In this document: positions 18,047 through 27,156 of the stretch, in pieces | Numbering within the stretch: the stretch's first letter is position 1 | Layout of the letters: each line of letters begins with the position of its first letter | Assembly (NCBI GenBank): GCA_045648425.1 | Contig: JAZRNV010000089.1 | Coordinates: 17,691 to 81,690 of the forward strand | DNA from: Acutalibacteraceae bacterium | GTDB taxonomy: Bacteria; Bacillota; Clostridia; Oscillospirales; Acutalibacteraceae | Length of the DNA stretch: 64,000 nt | Reading direction: 5' to 3' | The notes under the pieces: generated by a model | The model's database searches: none | Told to the model about the DNA's origin: nothing | Seen by the model: the letters and a program-made list of their open reading frames with translations, nothing else | Translations under genes and position numbers: made by a program

Positions 18047-19069
18047 ATGAAGGTTGTTTTAATTCCTGCCTATGAACCGGACTGTGAACTCATTAAGCTT
18101 ACACAACAGCTAAAGGCAGAGGGCTTTTCTGTTTTGACAGTTGATGACGGAAGCGGCGAAAAATACCGTCACATATTCGACAGCGTAAAAGAGTACGCCA
18201 CCGTTATAGCCCTTGATAAAAACAGTGGCAAGGGTGCTGCTTTAAAATTCGGTATGCGATACATCCGCTCAAATATGCCTGATTGCGAAGCGTTTATCAC
18301 CTGCGATGCCGACGGTCAGCACAAGGTTGAGGATGTTGTAAGAGTAGCCAATATGCTTGACGAAAAGAACTCTTTTGTGCTTACCGTAAGGCGCAGAAAA
18401 AAAGGCATTCCTCTGCGTTCAAAGGTGGGCAACGATCTGTCTCGTTTCGTTTATGCCCTGCTGGCCGACAAGTATCTTTCAGATAATCAGTCGGGCTTGC
18501 GCGGTTTTAACATAAAGCACATCGACTGGCTTATAGAGGTTGAAAAAGACAACTATGACTATGAGATGAACGTGCTGTTTTATGCCGCAAAAAAGAGCAT
18601 TAAAATATCAACACTGATGATTGAATCAATCTACATAAACAACAACGCATCATCACATTTTAACCCCATTGGAGATACAATCAAAATTTATAAGGGGCTC
18701 TTTACCCGTGCCTTCGGTAAATTTATAGCTTTTGCAGTGTGTGAAATTTTGGTGCTGATTGCATCCATCATTTTCGGTTATGAGCATTTGAGTTACACCT
18801 TGCCCGTTATCGGTGCTGTTGGATACGCCTTGACCATTTTGCTTAATATGTTCATTTTCTTCAGAAAAACCGAAATATATGAGTACAGAAGCACCCTTAT
18901 TTATACGGTAATTTATTATTTCTTTTACACCTTAAGCTGCACCACAATAGGACTTGCTTTTCCGCAAATTCCTTTGTTTGCCGCCTTTAACTTTGTTTAT
19001 CTGGTGTTTATTCCCATAAGATTCTTTTTTCACAAGTTTATTGCGATGGCAACAACGCCAAAAGAATAA
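18047..19069 (+). CDS. GT2-family glycosyltransferase with C-terminal multi-TM domain (polyprenyl-phosphate sugar transferase-like)
   Basis: MKVVLIPAYEPD, DDGSG and CDADGQH (DXD-type) motifs. About 4 hydrophobic helices in the last 130 aa. The ATG at 18047 follows GGGGG (the ORF track starts at TTG 18035). Confidence 0.7.
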   Translation: MKVVLIPAYEPDCELIKLTQQLKAEGFSVLTVDDGSGEKYRHIFDSVKEYATVIALDKNSGKGAALKFGMRYIRSNMPDCEAFITCDADGQHKVEDVVRVANMLDEKNSFVLTVRRRKKGIPLRSKVGNDLSRFVYALLADKYLSDNQSGLRGFNIKHIDWLIEVEKDNYDYEMNVLFYAAKKSIKISTLMIESIYINNNASSHFNPIGDTIKIYKGLFTRAFGKFIAFAVCEILVLIASIIFGYEHLSYTLPVIGAVGYALTILLNMFIFFRKTEIYEYRSTLIYTVIYYFFYTLSCTTIGLAFPQIPLFAAFNFVYLVFIPIRFFFHKFIAMATTPKE

Positions 19070-19081
19070 TTTTTTGTTATT

Positions 19082-19125
19082 TAAAAGACAAACATTCGTT
19101 TAAGAATGTTTGTCTTTTGTTTTTT
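19082..19125. terminator. bidirectional rho-independent terminator between GT2 and plsX
   Basis: AAAAGACAAACATTC pairs with GAATGTTTGTCTTTT, then TGTTTTTTG. An A-run on the other side serves the minus strand. Confidence 0.8.
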
Positions 19126-19141
19126 GTCATTTAAGTTTCGA

Positions 19142-20122
19142 TCAGCTCAAGGCATCCTTCATAAATGAAATAAAATTGCCATCCTCCAATCGGAGTATCT
19201 GATCAATGCAGGCGTGTGCCGTATCACGATTGGCAGAGCCGTGCATCTTAACCACTGTTTTTTGAGGGCCAAGGAAGGTAGCTCCGCCCTGTGAATTAAA
19301 GTCGAACACCTTAAAAAGACGCTTTTTGAGCTCTTCCAGCTGTGGGCAGGGCGATTCCGCCGCCACGGCATCGGCCAACGCAATAGCCGCCTTGCCTGCT
19401 GCCTCGGTATTTTTAAGCAAAATGTTGCCTGCAAAGCCATCAGCAACAATAACATCCGCCTGACCCATCACCAGGTCATAGCCCTCTACATTACCGATAA
19501 AGTTAAGGGGAAGCTCTTTTATAAGAGAAAACGCCTCTTTTGTTAGGGCATTGCCCTTGTGATCCTCTCGTCCAACGGAAAGCAAGCCGATTCGGGGGGA
19601 TTCAATTCTACACATACTTTTCGAGAAAGCATTGCCCATCTTGGCATAGCGCACTAGATCGGCAGCAGAGCAATCCATATTGCCGCCGCAATCGACCAAA
19701 CAAACCAGATTGTCAGTCATACAGGGTAGCGCTGAGGATAATGCGGGATACTTTAGGCCTTGAAGCAAGCCCAATCGGCATATTGAGCCCACAAGCAGAG
19801 CACCTGTATTGCCTGCCGAAAGCATTGCAACCGCTTGGTCGTTTTGCTTTAGAAAATCATATGCCATAACCATTGAGCAATCATCATGGCCACCGAAAAC
19901 GCAGGTGGGTGGATCGTCATTGGTTATGAATTTATCGGTATGGATTATGCTGTAACGGCTATCGGGAATGTTTTGGGAGTCAAGCAATGCCTTCACGGCC
20001 AACTCGTCACCGACAAAGACAACGTCAAAATCATCCCGTGTCTTTAAGGCGTCGCACACACCCAACACAACCGGCTCAATGCCATTGTCGGCGCCGTACA
20101 CATCCACAACGATTTTTCGCAT
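19142..20122 (-). CDS. plsX: phosphate acyltransferase PlsX
   Basis: 326 aa. The N-terminal IVVDVYGADNG matches the PlsX AVDAMGGD-type motif, and the length is typical. It follows fakA by 10 nt. Confidence 0.85.
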   Translation of the reverse strand: MRKIVVDVYGADNGIEPVVLGVCDALKTRDDFDVVFVGDELAVKALLDSQNIPDSRYSIIHTDKFITNDDPPTCVFGGHDDCSMVMAYDFLKQNDQAVAMLSAGNTGALLVGSICRLGLLQGLKYPALSSALPCMTDNLVCLVDCGGNMDCSAADLVRYAKMGNAFSKSMCRIESPRIGLLSVGREDHKGNALTKEAFSLIKELPLNFIGNVEGYDLVMGQADVIVADGFAGNILLKNTEAAGKAAIALADAVAAESPCPQLEELKKRLFKVFDFNSQGGATFLGPQKTVVKMHGSANRDTAHACIDQILRLEDGNFISFMKDALS

Positions 20123-20132
20123 AAAAAGCTCC

Positions 20133-21779
20133 TTATTCTAACGAAATAATAAAACTGTAAACATCCTGCTTGCCGTTTACAAAGCCAATGTCACACATGG
20201 GATAATTCTCTGTCAGGCGAGCTCTGAACTCGTCCACCTCGGCATCGGTAACATCTTGACCATAGAAAACGGTAAACACCTCTTTGTCTTCAATGCCGTC
20301 AATGGCTGCAATAAGGTGCATGGCAACAGAAACCTTGTTATCACCGCAAGCAAGAATGGTCTTGTCTCCAAGGCCGATATAATTATCCTTTTGAATTTTG
20401 ATGCCGTTCATCTCGGTATCTCTCGTGGCGGTAGTAACAGATGCAGTGGTAACGTTAGCAAGGCCGCAGGTCATTTCTTCAATAACCTCTTCAACGGTAT
20501 CGCACCACAAATTCATCATAGACAGAGCGGAATAACCCTCTACAACCGATTTTGTAGGAATAACGCGCACGTCCGAATCGGTATAAAGCTCGGCTGCCTG
20601 ACGGGCAGTGAGCACAACGTTTGAGTTGTTAGGCAAAACAATTATATGCTCAGCATCATATTTTGCAAAGGCGTCAAGAAAGGCGTCAACGGGCGGGTTG
20701 TTGGTTTGACCGCCATTAATGACGATATTTGCGCCGATGCTTTCAAAATACTCAATAATGCCATCGCCCGATGCAACTGCAATAATGGCATATTTCAAAT
20801 GCTCTTTTTCGGGTTTGGCTGCTGCACTTTGCTCAATTTCGCTGTGCTGAACCGACATATTTTCAATTTTTAAGGTAACAAACTCACCGAATTGACGGCC
20901 GTATTCCAGCACTTTTTCGGGAGTAAAGGTGTGAATATGTATTTTAACAATATCACCGTTGCACACGGCCACCAATGAATCACCCATATTTTTCAAGGGC
21001 TCAATAAACTGCTCTTTATCAAAATTGGGTATGTCGGTTTTATAATTCATAAGTTGCAATATGAATTCGGTGCAATAGCCATATTCAAGCTGACTGTCGG
21101 GGCCAAATGAGGATGCCCCTGATGACATATTCGGCTCAAGAAAATCAGGTATATCATCAATAGTCTCGCCGCAAAGATAGGCATACATTCCTTCAAAAAT
21201 GCAAACCATACCTGCACCGCCGCTGTCAACAACATTGGCTTCTTTAAGCACAGGCAGCATTTCGGGAGTTTTTGCCAAAGTGGTCTTCATTTGATGAATA
21301 AGAGCCGCCAAACAATCCTCAAAGCAATCAAACCTGCCTGCATTGCCCTCGAGGAACTCTGCACCCTCTCGAATAACGGTGAGCATTGTTCCCTCGGTGG
21401 GGGTGATTATAGCTTTGTAGGCCGCATCGGTAGCACAGCGGAAGGCGTGTGCCAAATCGTCAACCGATGCCAAACGCACGTCTGAAAAGCCCTGAGCAAT
21501 TCCATATATAAATTGCGACAGAATAACACCCGAATTTCCTCTGGCCGACAACAAGACGGCGTGAGACAGCTCTTGCATATATCTGCCGAGGTCTTCACAT
21601 TCGCCGCTTACGCTACGCAGGCCACCGCCAAAGGTTTTGGCCATATTGGTGCCTGTATCACCGTCGGGCACAGGAAAAACGTTAAGGTCATTTACAGTAT
21701 TAACATTCTTTTTCAGATTGCGGTATCCGCTTTCAAACAAAGCACTCAGCAGAATGCCGTCCAGCTGTTTAGTCTGCAT
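20133..21779 (-). CDS. fakA: fatty acid kinase catalytic subunit FakA (DAK2 domain protein, YloV family)
   Basis: 548 aa. N-terminal Dak2 motifs (PDGDTGTNM, RGNSGVI), a central HIHT domain and a DegV-like C-terminal domain. Sits directly downstream of two DegV genes. Confidence 0.85.
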   Translation of the reverse strand: MQTKQLDGILLSALFESGYRNLKKNVNTVNDLNVFPVPDGDTGTNMAKTFGGGLRSVSGECEDLGRYMQELSHAVLLSARGNSGVILSQFIYGIAQGFSDVRLASVDDLAHAFRCATDAAYKAIITPTEGTMLTVIREGAEFLEGNAGRFDCFEDCLAALIHQMKTTLAKTPEMLPVLKEANVVDSGGAGMVCIFEGMYAYLCGETIDDIPDFLEPNMSSGASSFGPDSQLEYGYCTEFILQLMNYKTDIPNFDKEQFIEPLKNMGDSLVAVCNGDIVKIHIHTFTPEKVLEYGRQFGEFVTLKIENMSVQHSEIEQSAAAKPEKEHLKYAIIAVASGDGIIEYFESIGANIVINGGQTNNPPVDAFLDAFAKYDAEHIIVLPNNSNVVLTARQAAELYTDSDVRVIPTKSVVEGYSALSMMNLWCDTVEEVIEEMTCGLANVTTASVTTATRDTEMNGIKIQKDNYIGLGDKTILACGDNKVSVAMHLIAAIDGIEDKEVFTVFYGQDVTDAEVDEFRARLTENYPMCDIGFVNGKQDVYSFIISLE

Positions 21780-21784
21780 TTAAA

Positions 21785-22672
21785 TTACTCTCTTCCCTCA
21801 ATGGTTACTTCTTTGCCGACAACATAGGCAACTACAGTACCGGGGCCAACGGATGCACCAACAATGGGGCCGATAACACCGGTAATAACCTTTTTAAAAT
21901 CAGCAAGCTTAAGTATTTCATCGCGAAGTGCTTCAATCTCTTCAACACAATCGGCATGAGACAGATAAAGTGTATCGTAATTGCCGTTTGCTGCATCAAT
22001 AACCGACTGCGCAATATCCTTGCGTGCGTTTGCAGCGCCCTTTACCTTTTTATATGCATAGTTTTGTCCCTTTATATCAGAAATGATAATGGGCTTTACA
22101 CCGAAAAGGTTGCCAAAGAAGGCCTTGGATGCCTTAACACGGCCTGCGCGGCGCAAATATTCAAGAGAGCCAACAGTGCCAAACTGATGCACCGTAAGAC
22201 GCATAGATTCGAGCTTTGCTGCAGTTTCTGCTGCAGAAAGTCCCTCATCGCGACAAGCGGCAGCTGTGATTATAAGATGGGCCTGTCCCAAAGAGCTGAT
22301 AAGTGAGTCAACGCAATAGACGTTTGCGTCGGGGCACTCTTCTTTAATCTGCTCTGCTACCCTGCGTGCAATATTAACAGAGCCGGACAAAGCAGAAGAA
22401 CAAGAGACATAAAGGATGTCAATTCCCTGCTCTGCAAGGGGCTTGAACTTTTCATAATATGCGTTCTGGGGCACCTGGGTGGTGGTTACACGCTTGCCGG
22501 CACGCATAAGGTCATAAAAGTCTTTGTATGAGTGGCTTGCCCAGTCTAAGGATGCGACATATTCCTCATCATCAACAACATAGTTCATAGGAACATAGTC
22601 AATATCGTACTGTTCACGAAGCTCTGCAATCATATCGCAGGTTGAATCACCGAAAATTACGAACTTACTCAT
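21785..22672 (-). CDS. fakB: DegV-family fatty-acid-binding protein (FakB)
   Basis: 295 aa. The N-terminus MSKFVIFGDSTCD and overall pattern are typical of DegV. Overlaps the upstream DegV gene by 4 nt. Confidence 0.8.
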   Translation of the reverse strand: MSKFVIFGDSTCDMIAELREQYDIDYVPMNYVVDDEEYVASLDWASHSYKDFYDLMRAGKRVTTTQVPQNAYYEKFKPLAEQGIDILYVSCSSALSGSVNIARRVAEQIKEECPDANVYCVDSLISSLGQAHLIITAAACRDEGLSAAETAAKLESMRLTVHQFGTVGSLEYLRRAGRVKASKAFFGNLFGVKPIIISDIKGQNYAYKKVKGAANARKDIAQSVIDAANGNYDTLYLSHADCVEEIEALRDEILKLADFKKVITGVIGPIVGASVGPGTVVAYVVGKEVTIEGRE

Positions 22673-23625
22673 TTTATATCCCCTTTATTTTTGAATTTTT
22701 GAGCAATCTCTGCCATAATTTCTTTTTCTTTTTCGCAGTTTTCACTTATCTCGGTACCTTGATAGAAGGCGGCACACAAGCCGGGGCCAACGGTAGCGCC
22801 ACAAGCCATACCAACGTCGTTTATAATAACCTCTTTGGGTGAAAACTCTTTTCTGATTCTTTCGGCCAAAAGCTCTGCCTGCTGCAAGCGGTTAGAATGA
22901 GCAACAAACATTATCTGGTCCTGTGGATTTATAACGGTTGCCTTCATGTATTCAATTACCGCATCAAAGGCGGCCTTTTTGCCCTTAAAACGGCAAAGAA
23001 CCTCGGCCATACCCTTACGGTTGAAATCGGCCATGGGGTTAACGCCCACCAAAGTGCCGAAAAAGGCCTTGAAATTGCTTATTCTGCCTGTTTTAACAAG
23101 AAAGAACAAATCATCCATAGGGCCAATCTGGTGAACCTTGTGCTTGTTTTCTTCAAGATACTGCACCGTTTCTTCCAGGGTTGCGCCCTCTTGCTGCTTT
23201 TGAGCAGCCATTACAACAAATATGGACAGCGCCGTTGAATAGCGCAAAGAATCTACAATCACGATTTTACGGTCGGGATATTTTGGTTCAAGCGTCTTTT
23301 TAACCAGCTCGCACTCTTGATAAGTGCCCGACAAAGCCGATGAAAGAGTGATGGCAATAATATCCTTGCCCTGTTTGAGATATTTTTCAAACAGCTCCAT
23401 TACCTCGCCCGCTTTGGGACTGGCTGTTTTGTAAAGAGTGGTTTTATCGGTCATTGACTCATAAAAGGTTTTGGGGTCATGATCTCCCCAATCCAGGTCA
23501 ACGTATTCAGAGTGACCGTCGGGAAAATATATAATGCCCTTCATATAATCCGGAATGCCGAATCTGTCTCTCAAATCTTTTCTGAGGTCACAAGCGGTAT
23601 CCGGAATTATAACATAATCAGCCAT
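22669..23625 (-). CDS. fakB: DegV-family fatty-acid-binding protein (second FakB)
   Basis: The ATG at 23625 (MADYVIIPDTACDL) has GGAGG 5 nt upstream. The TTG start in the ORF track (23637) would consume that RBS. Confidence 0.8.
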   Translation of the reverse strand: MADYVIIPDTACDLRKDLRDRFGIPDYMKGIIYFPDGHSEYVDLDWGDHDPKTFYESMTDKTTLYKTASPKAGEVMELFEKYLKQGKDIIAITLSSALSGTYQECELVKKTLEPKYPDRKIVIVDSLRYSTALSIFVVMAAQKQQEGATLEETVQYLEENKHKVHQIGPMDDLFFLVKTGRISNFKAFFGTLVGVNPMADFNRKGMAEVLCRFKGKKAAFDAVIEYMKATVINPQDQIMFVAHSNRLQQAELLAERIRKEFSPKEVIINDVGMACGATVGPGLCAAFYQGTEISENCEKEKEIMAEIAQKFKNKGDIK

Positions 23626-23787
23626 AAAATCCTCCAAAATATTTTCTCACAACTGTAATAATACCACATTGTTTCTTGTTTTTCAATAAAATTTTACTTT
23701 TTCCAACAATTTATAATGAAATTTGTATAATACTATGTTATAATGTTTTTTAATGTATTACCAAAAAAACAATAGAGGAGTTTTTAA

Positions 23788-24744
23788 ATGGTATTTATTA
23801 TTATCGGAATAGTGTTGGCAGTTGCCATCCTGGGCGGATTGGGTGCTATGCTTGCGGTTACATACCCCATATCCAAACGCGTCTATTTCGACAACCTTGT
23901 TCGCACCAATCCTGAAAAATGGGGCAGAGTGTGCTCTGCACCAGACAATGAGGAACAGTTGGCTATGTGGAACAGCGGTGTTGAATGGGCTGAACAAAAC
24001 CGTCAGTTTGTTAAAGAGGTTAAAATTCAAAACGACGGTTTTGACCTTTACGGCGAATACTTTGATTTTGGCGGCAAAAGCTGCGTTATCATTTTGCCCG
24101 GTCGCTGTGAAAGTCTTGTATATTCATACTACTTTGCGCCCCCCTATCAGCGTGCCGGCTTTAATGTGCTGGTTATAGACACCCGTTGTCACGGCAAAAG
24201 CGGCGGCATCCATAATTCAATCGGCGTTAAAGAAAGCCGCGATGTTATTGCCTGGGTAAAGTTTGCGGAAGAGACCTTTGGCATCAAAAGCTTTTACATT
24301 CACGGCATTTGTATCGGCACCTCGTCGGGACTTTTCGCTATGACAAGCAAAGACTGCCCCGACACCGTAAAGGGCCTTGTAACAGAGGGCTGCTATGTTT
24401 CTTTCAGAGAAACCTTCAGAACACATATGATTGCCGACAAGCGTCCCCTCTTCCCCGTTCTTGACCTGGTTATGCTGCAAATTAAAAAGCATACCGGCAC
24501 CAATGTTTATGCTCAAAAGCCCATTCGTGCCATCAAAAAAATCAAAAACAAGAGAATGCTGTTTTTGTTTGGCGAAAAGGATATTTATTCCCTTCCCAAA
24601 AAGAGCCAACAGCTTTTTGATGCCTGCGCTTGTGAGGACAAAAAGCTGGTTTGGTTTGACAAGGGCGGCCATTCGCACCTCAGAATTAACAACACCGAAA
24701 AATATGATGATACGATTGTTGAGTTTTTGAAATATGAGCAATAA
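23788..24744 (+). CDS. membrane-anchored alpha/beta-fold hydrolase with Cys in the nucleophile elbow
   Basis: 318 aa. N-terminal TM helix. The elbow reads HGICIG (Cys175, codon 24310..24312) where GXSXG is expected. Candidate Asp (GEKD) and His (GGHSH) follow. Confidence 0.6.
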   Translation: MVFIIIGIVLAVAILGGLGAMLAVTYPISKRVYFDNLVRTNPEKWGRVCSAPDNEEQLAMWNSGVEWAEQNRQFVKEVKIQNDGFDLYGEYFDFGGKSCVIILPGRCESLVYSYYFAPPYQRAGFNVLVIDTRCHGKSGGIHNSIGVKESRDVIAWVKFAEETFGIKSFYIHGICIGTSSGLFAMTSKDCPDTVKGLVTEGCYVSFRETFRTHMIADKRPLFPVLDLVMLQIKKHTGTNVYAQKPIRAIKKIKNKRMLFLFGEKDIYSLPKKSQQLFDACACEDKKLVWFDKGGHSHLRINNTEKYDDTIVEFLKYEQ

Positions 24745-25609
24745 AAAATATGCGGTTTTCACTATAGATGTGGAAACCTTTACCGACACCGAATGCGTAA
24801 GCGCATCCAATGCCGATATTCATATGGATATGCTTGACGGCTTTGATGAATATATAAAAATACTGGATCGTCACGGTATCAAAAGCACCCTTTTTACCGT
24901 GGGTCGTTTGGCACCTAAAATTCAAGACCGTCTTAAAAAATATATGAGTTCAGGTCACGAGCTGGCTTTGCACAGCTATAATCACATCGCCCCTATGGAG
25001 CTGCCTTTAGAGAGCTTTAAAGAGCAGACAGCAAAGGCAAAAAATCTGCTTGACGAGATGTTTGAAACCAACATCAAGGGTTTCAGAGCGCCTTGCTTCA
25101 GTATTGATAAAAGTCGCCTCAATGTTTTGCAGCAGTTGGGCTTTTCCTACGATTCAAGCCATCTTGACTATCCGATTGCCAACCACGTTGTTGATTTGGA
25201 TTTAAGCGATTTTCATCAGATGCGTGACGGTGTTTTTAAAAGAGATAATTTTTATGAATTCAGCTTGTCGAGGCACCGCTTTTTTGGTCACCGTTTTCCC
25301 GTATCGGGCGGCGGATACGTTCGTCTGAGCAACTGGGGCTTCATTAAAAACCTTATTCGGCAGTATATTAACCATAACGATTATTATGTTTTTTATCTGC
25401 ACCCCTTTGAATTAACCAAAGAGAAAATACCTTCTATAAAAAACCTTAAAATGCACGACCGCTATTATTTAAACACCGGTCTTCGCACATACGGACAAAA
25501 GGTAGAGCGCATAATAAAAATGCTGAAAAAACGCGACTATGAGTTTGTTACCTTTGAAGAACTGGTTGATATTATGAACAAGGAAGCTGAGCAGTCCCCT
25601 GCCCCATAA
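24734..25609 (+). CDS. polysaccharide deacetylase (CE4) family protein, DUF3473-type
   Basis: 291 aa. VFTIDVE, HSYNH and a C-terminal extension as in DUF3473-type deacetylases. Overlaps the previous gene by 11 nt. Confidence 0.65.
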   Translation: MSNKKYAVFTIDVETFTDTECVSASNADIHMDMLDGFDEYIKILDRHGIKSTLFTVGRLAPKIQDRLKKYMSSGHELALHSYNHIAPMELPLESFKEQTAKAKNLLDEMFETNIKGFRAPCFSIDKSRLNVLQQLGFSYDSSHLDYPIANHVVDLDLSDFHQMRDGVFKRDNFYEFSLSRHRFFGHRFPVSGGGYVRLSNWGFIKNLIRQYINHNDYYVFYLHPFELTKEKIPSIKNLKMHDRYYLNTGLRTYGQKVERIIKMLKKRDYEFVTFEELVDIMNKEAEQSPAP

Positions 25610-25645
25610 GCTTTAGATATATTTTAACAACAGAGAGGAATAACT

Positions 25646-26026
25646 ATGAAAATAGCACTTATCGCTCACGATAAAAAGAAGGATGAAATTATAGAGCTTG
25701 CCAAAAGCTATAAAGAGGTGCTGGCAGGTCACGAGCTTTTTGCCACGGGCACCACGGGCACTCTTATTATGGGTGAAACGGGGTTGCCTATCTTTCGTAT
25801 GAAAAGCGGCCCCTTAGGCGGTGATCAGCAAATCGGTGCTATGCTGGCCGACGGCAATCTTGATTTGGTGATTTTTTTGCGCGATCCTCTTACCGCACAG
25901 CCCCACGAGCCCGATGTTTCAGCCCTTTTACGCCTTTGCGACGTGCAAAAAATCCCCCTGGCTACCAATGCAACCAGCGCACAAATTATGTTGGAAGCCC
26001 TTAAGGGAAAAATTTATTTTGAGTAA
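25646..26026 (+). CDS. mgsA: methylglyoxal synthase
   Basis: 126 aa. [16 protein letters not shown] and the PHEPD region are typical of MgsA. Confidence 0.85.
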   Translation: MKIALIAHDKKKDEIIELAKSYKEVLAGHELFATGTTGTLIMGETGLPIFRMKSGPLGGDQQIGAMLADGNLDLVIFLRDPLTAQPHEPDVSALLRLCDVQKIPLATNATSAQIMLEALKGKIYFE

Positions 26027-26037
26027 GGAGCTGCCCT

Positions 26038-26286
26038 ATGGAATTCAGATATGACCTACAGCTTTTGATTGAGGGCCAAGGCCTTGACGAAGACATTATA
26101 AACGACTATTTTATCGAGAATTTTAAAGGTGATTGCCTTTTGACCGTCGGTGATGAAGAATTAATAAAGATTCATTTTCATACCAACGAGCCCTGGGATG
26201 TGCTTAAATATTGCGCCTCTTTGGGTGAGATTTTTGACATCGTAGTTGAAGATATGGACCGACAGTCTCGAGGACTGAAGGGCTAA
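26038..26286 (+). CDS. stand-alone homolog of the central domain of FakA/YloV
   Basis: 82 aa. By eye, FIENFKGDCLLTVGDEELIKIHFHTNEPWDVLKYCASLGEIFDIVVEDM aligns to FakA in this window, FIEPLKNMGDSLVAVCNGDIVKIHIHTFTPEKVLEYGRQFGEFVTLKIENM. Confidence 0.65.
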   Translation: MEFRYDLQLLIEGQGLDEDIINDYFIENFKGDCLLTVGDEELIKIHFHTNEPWDVLKYCASLGEIFDIVVEDMDRQSRGLKG

Positions 26287-26346
26287 TTGTTCAAAAATGC
26301 CTTGGTGCTGCAGCATCAGGGCATTATTATGTTAGGAGGTGACGCC

Positions 26347-27141
26347 TTGAAAGAGTGGATCTTTCGATGCCCCATATGCAAAAAGTCGCTGACGGGCGAT
26401 AAGGTGGCAAAATGCCCCTGCGGCCATTGCTTTGACGTTGCCAAGCAGGGACACATAAATCTGCTTATGTCTAACGCCAGTGGCAAACGCCACGGTGATG
26501 ACAGTGCTATGGTGCAGGCAAGAAGCGCCTTTTTAGACAAGGGCTATTACGCTCCCTTAAGAGATAAAATCAAAGAAATTTTGGGAGAGGGCTTAACCCT
26601 GCTTGATTCGGGCTGTGGTGAGGGATACTATTCCTCTGCGTTGGCCGTGGGCAACCGTCTGTGCGGTATTGATATATCAAAGGATGCCGTCAAAGTCGCC
26701 GCAAGAAGAGTGTCCTCGGGAGACTTCGCCGTGGCAAGCGTAGGCGACATTCCCCTTGCCGACGGGTCGGTGGATGGAGTGGTGTGCATCTTTGCCCCCG
26801 AAAGCGATGAGTTTGCCCGTGTGCTTAAACCCACAGGGCGGTTGATTACCGTTGTGCCTATGGAAAAGCACCTTATTGAACTGAAAAAAGCGGTATATTC
26901 AAAGCCCTATCTGAATCCGCCCGTTTGTGCAGAAAAAGAGGGTTACACCTTAAAATCGGGGCACGAGCTTAAATATACCATTGAAATTGACTGCAACGAG
27001 GATATTTTGGCGCTGTTTAAAATGACCCCCTACTATTACAAAACGGGCAAAGAGGACCAACAAAAGCTGTCGGGACTTGACCGCTTGACCGTAAGCGTTG
27101 AGTTTTACATAGGAGAATATGAAAAAATCCACCGAGAATAA
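26347..27141 (+). CDS. rlmA: 23S rRNA (guanine-N1)-methyltransferase RlmA family
   Basis: Zn-ribbon CPICKKSL...CPCGHCFDVAKQGHINLL and SAM motif LDSGCGEGYY. I prefer the TTG at 26347, preceded by AGGAGGTG (the ORF track begins at TTG 26287). Confidence 0.75.
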   Translation: MKEWIFRCPICKKSLTGDKVAKCPCGHCFDVAKQGHINLLMSNASGKRHGDDSAMVQARSAFLDKGYYAPLRDKIKEILGEGLTLLDSGCGEGYYSSALAVGNRLCGIDISKDAVKVAARRVSSGDFAVASVGDIPLADGSVDGVVCIFAPESDEFARVLKPTGRLITVVPMEKHLIELKKAVYSKPYLNPPVCAEKEGYTLKSGHELKYTIEIDCNEDILALFKMTPYYYKTGKEDQQKLSGLDRLTVSVEFYIGEYEKIHRE

Positions 27142-27156
27142 TCGGTGGATTTTTTG
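27127..27156. terminator. bidirectional terminator between rlmA and the ZIP transporter gene
   Basis: ATCCACCGA pairs with TCGGTGGAT and is flanked by an A6 run and a T6 run. Overlaps the rlmA stop codon. Confidence 0.75.
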
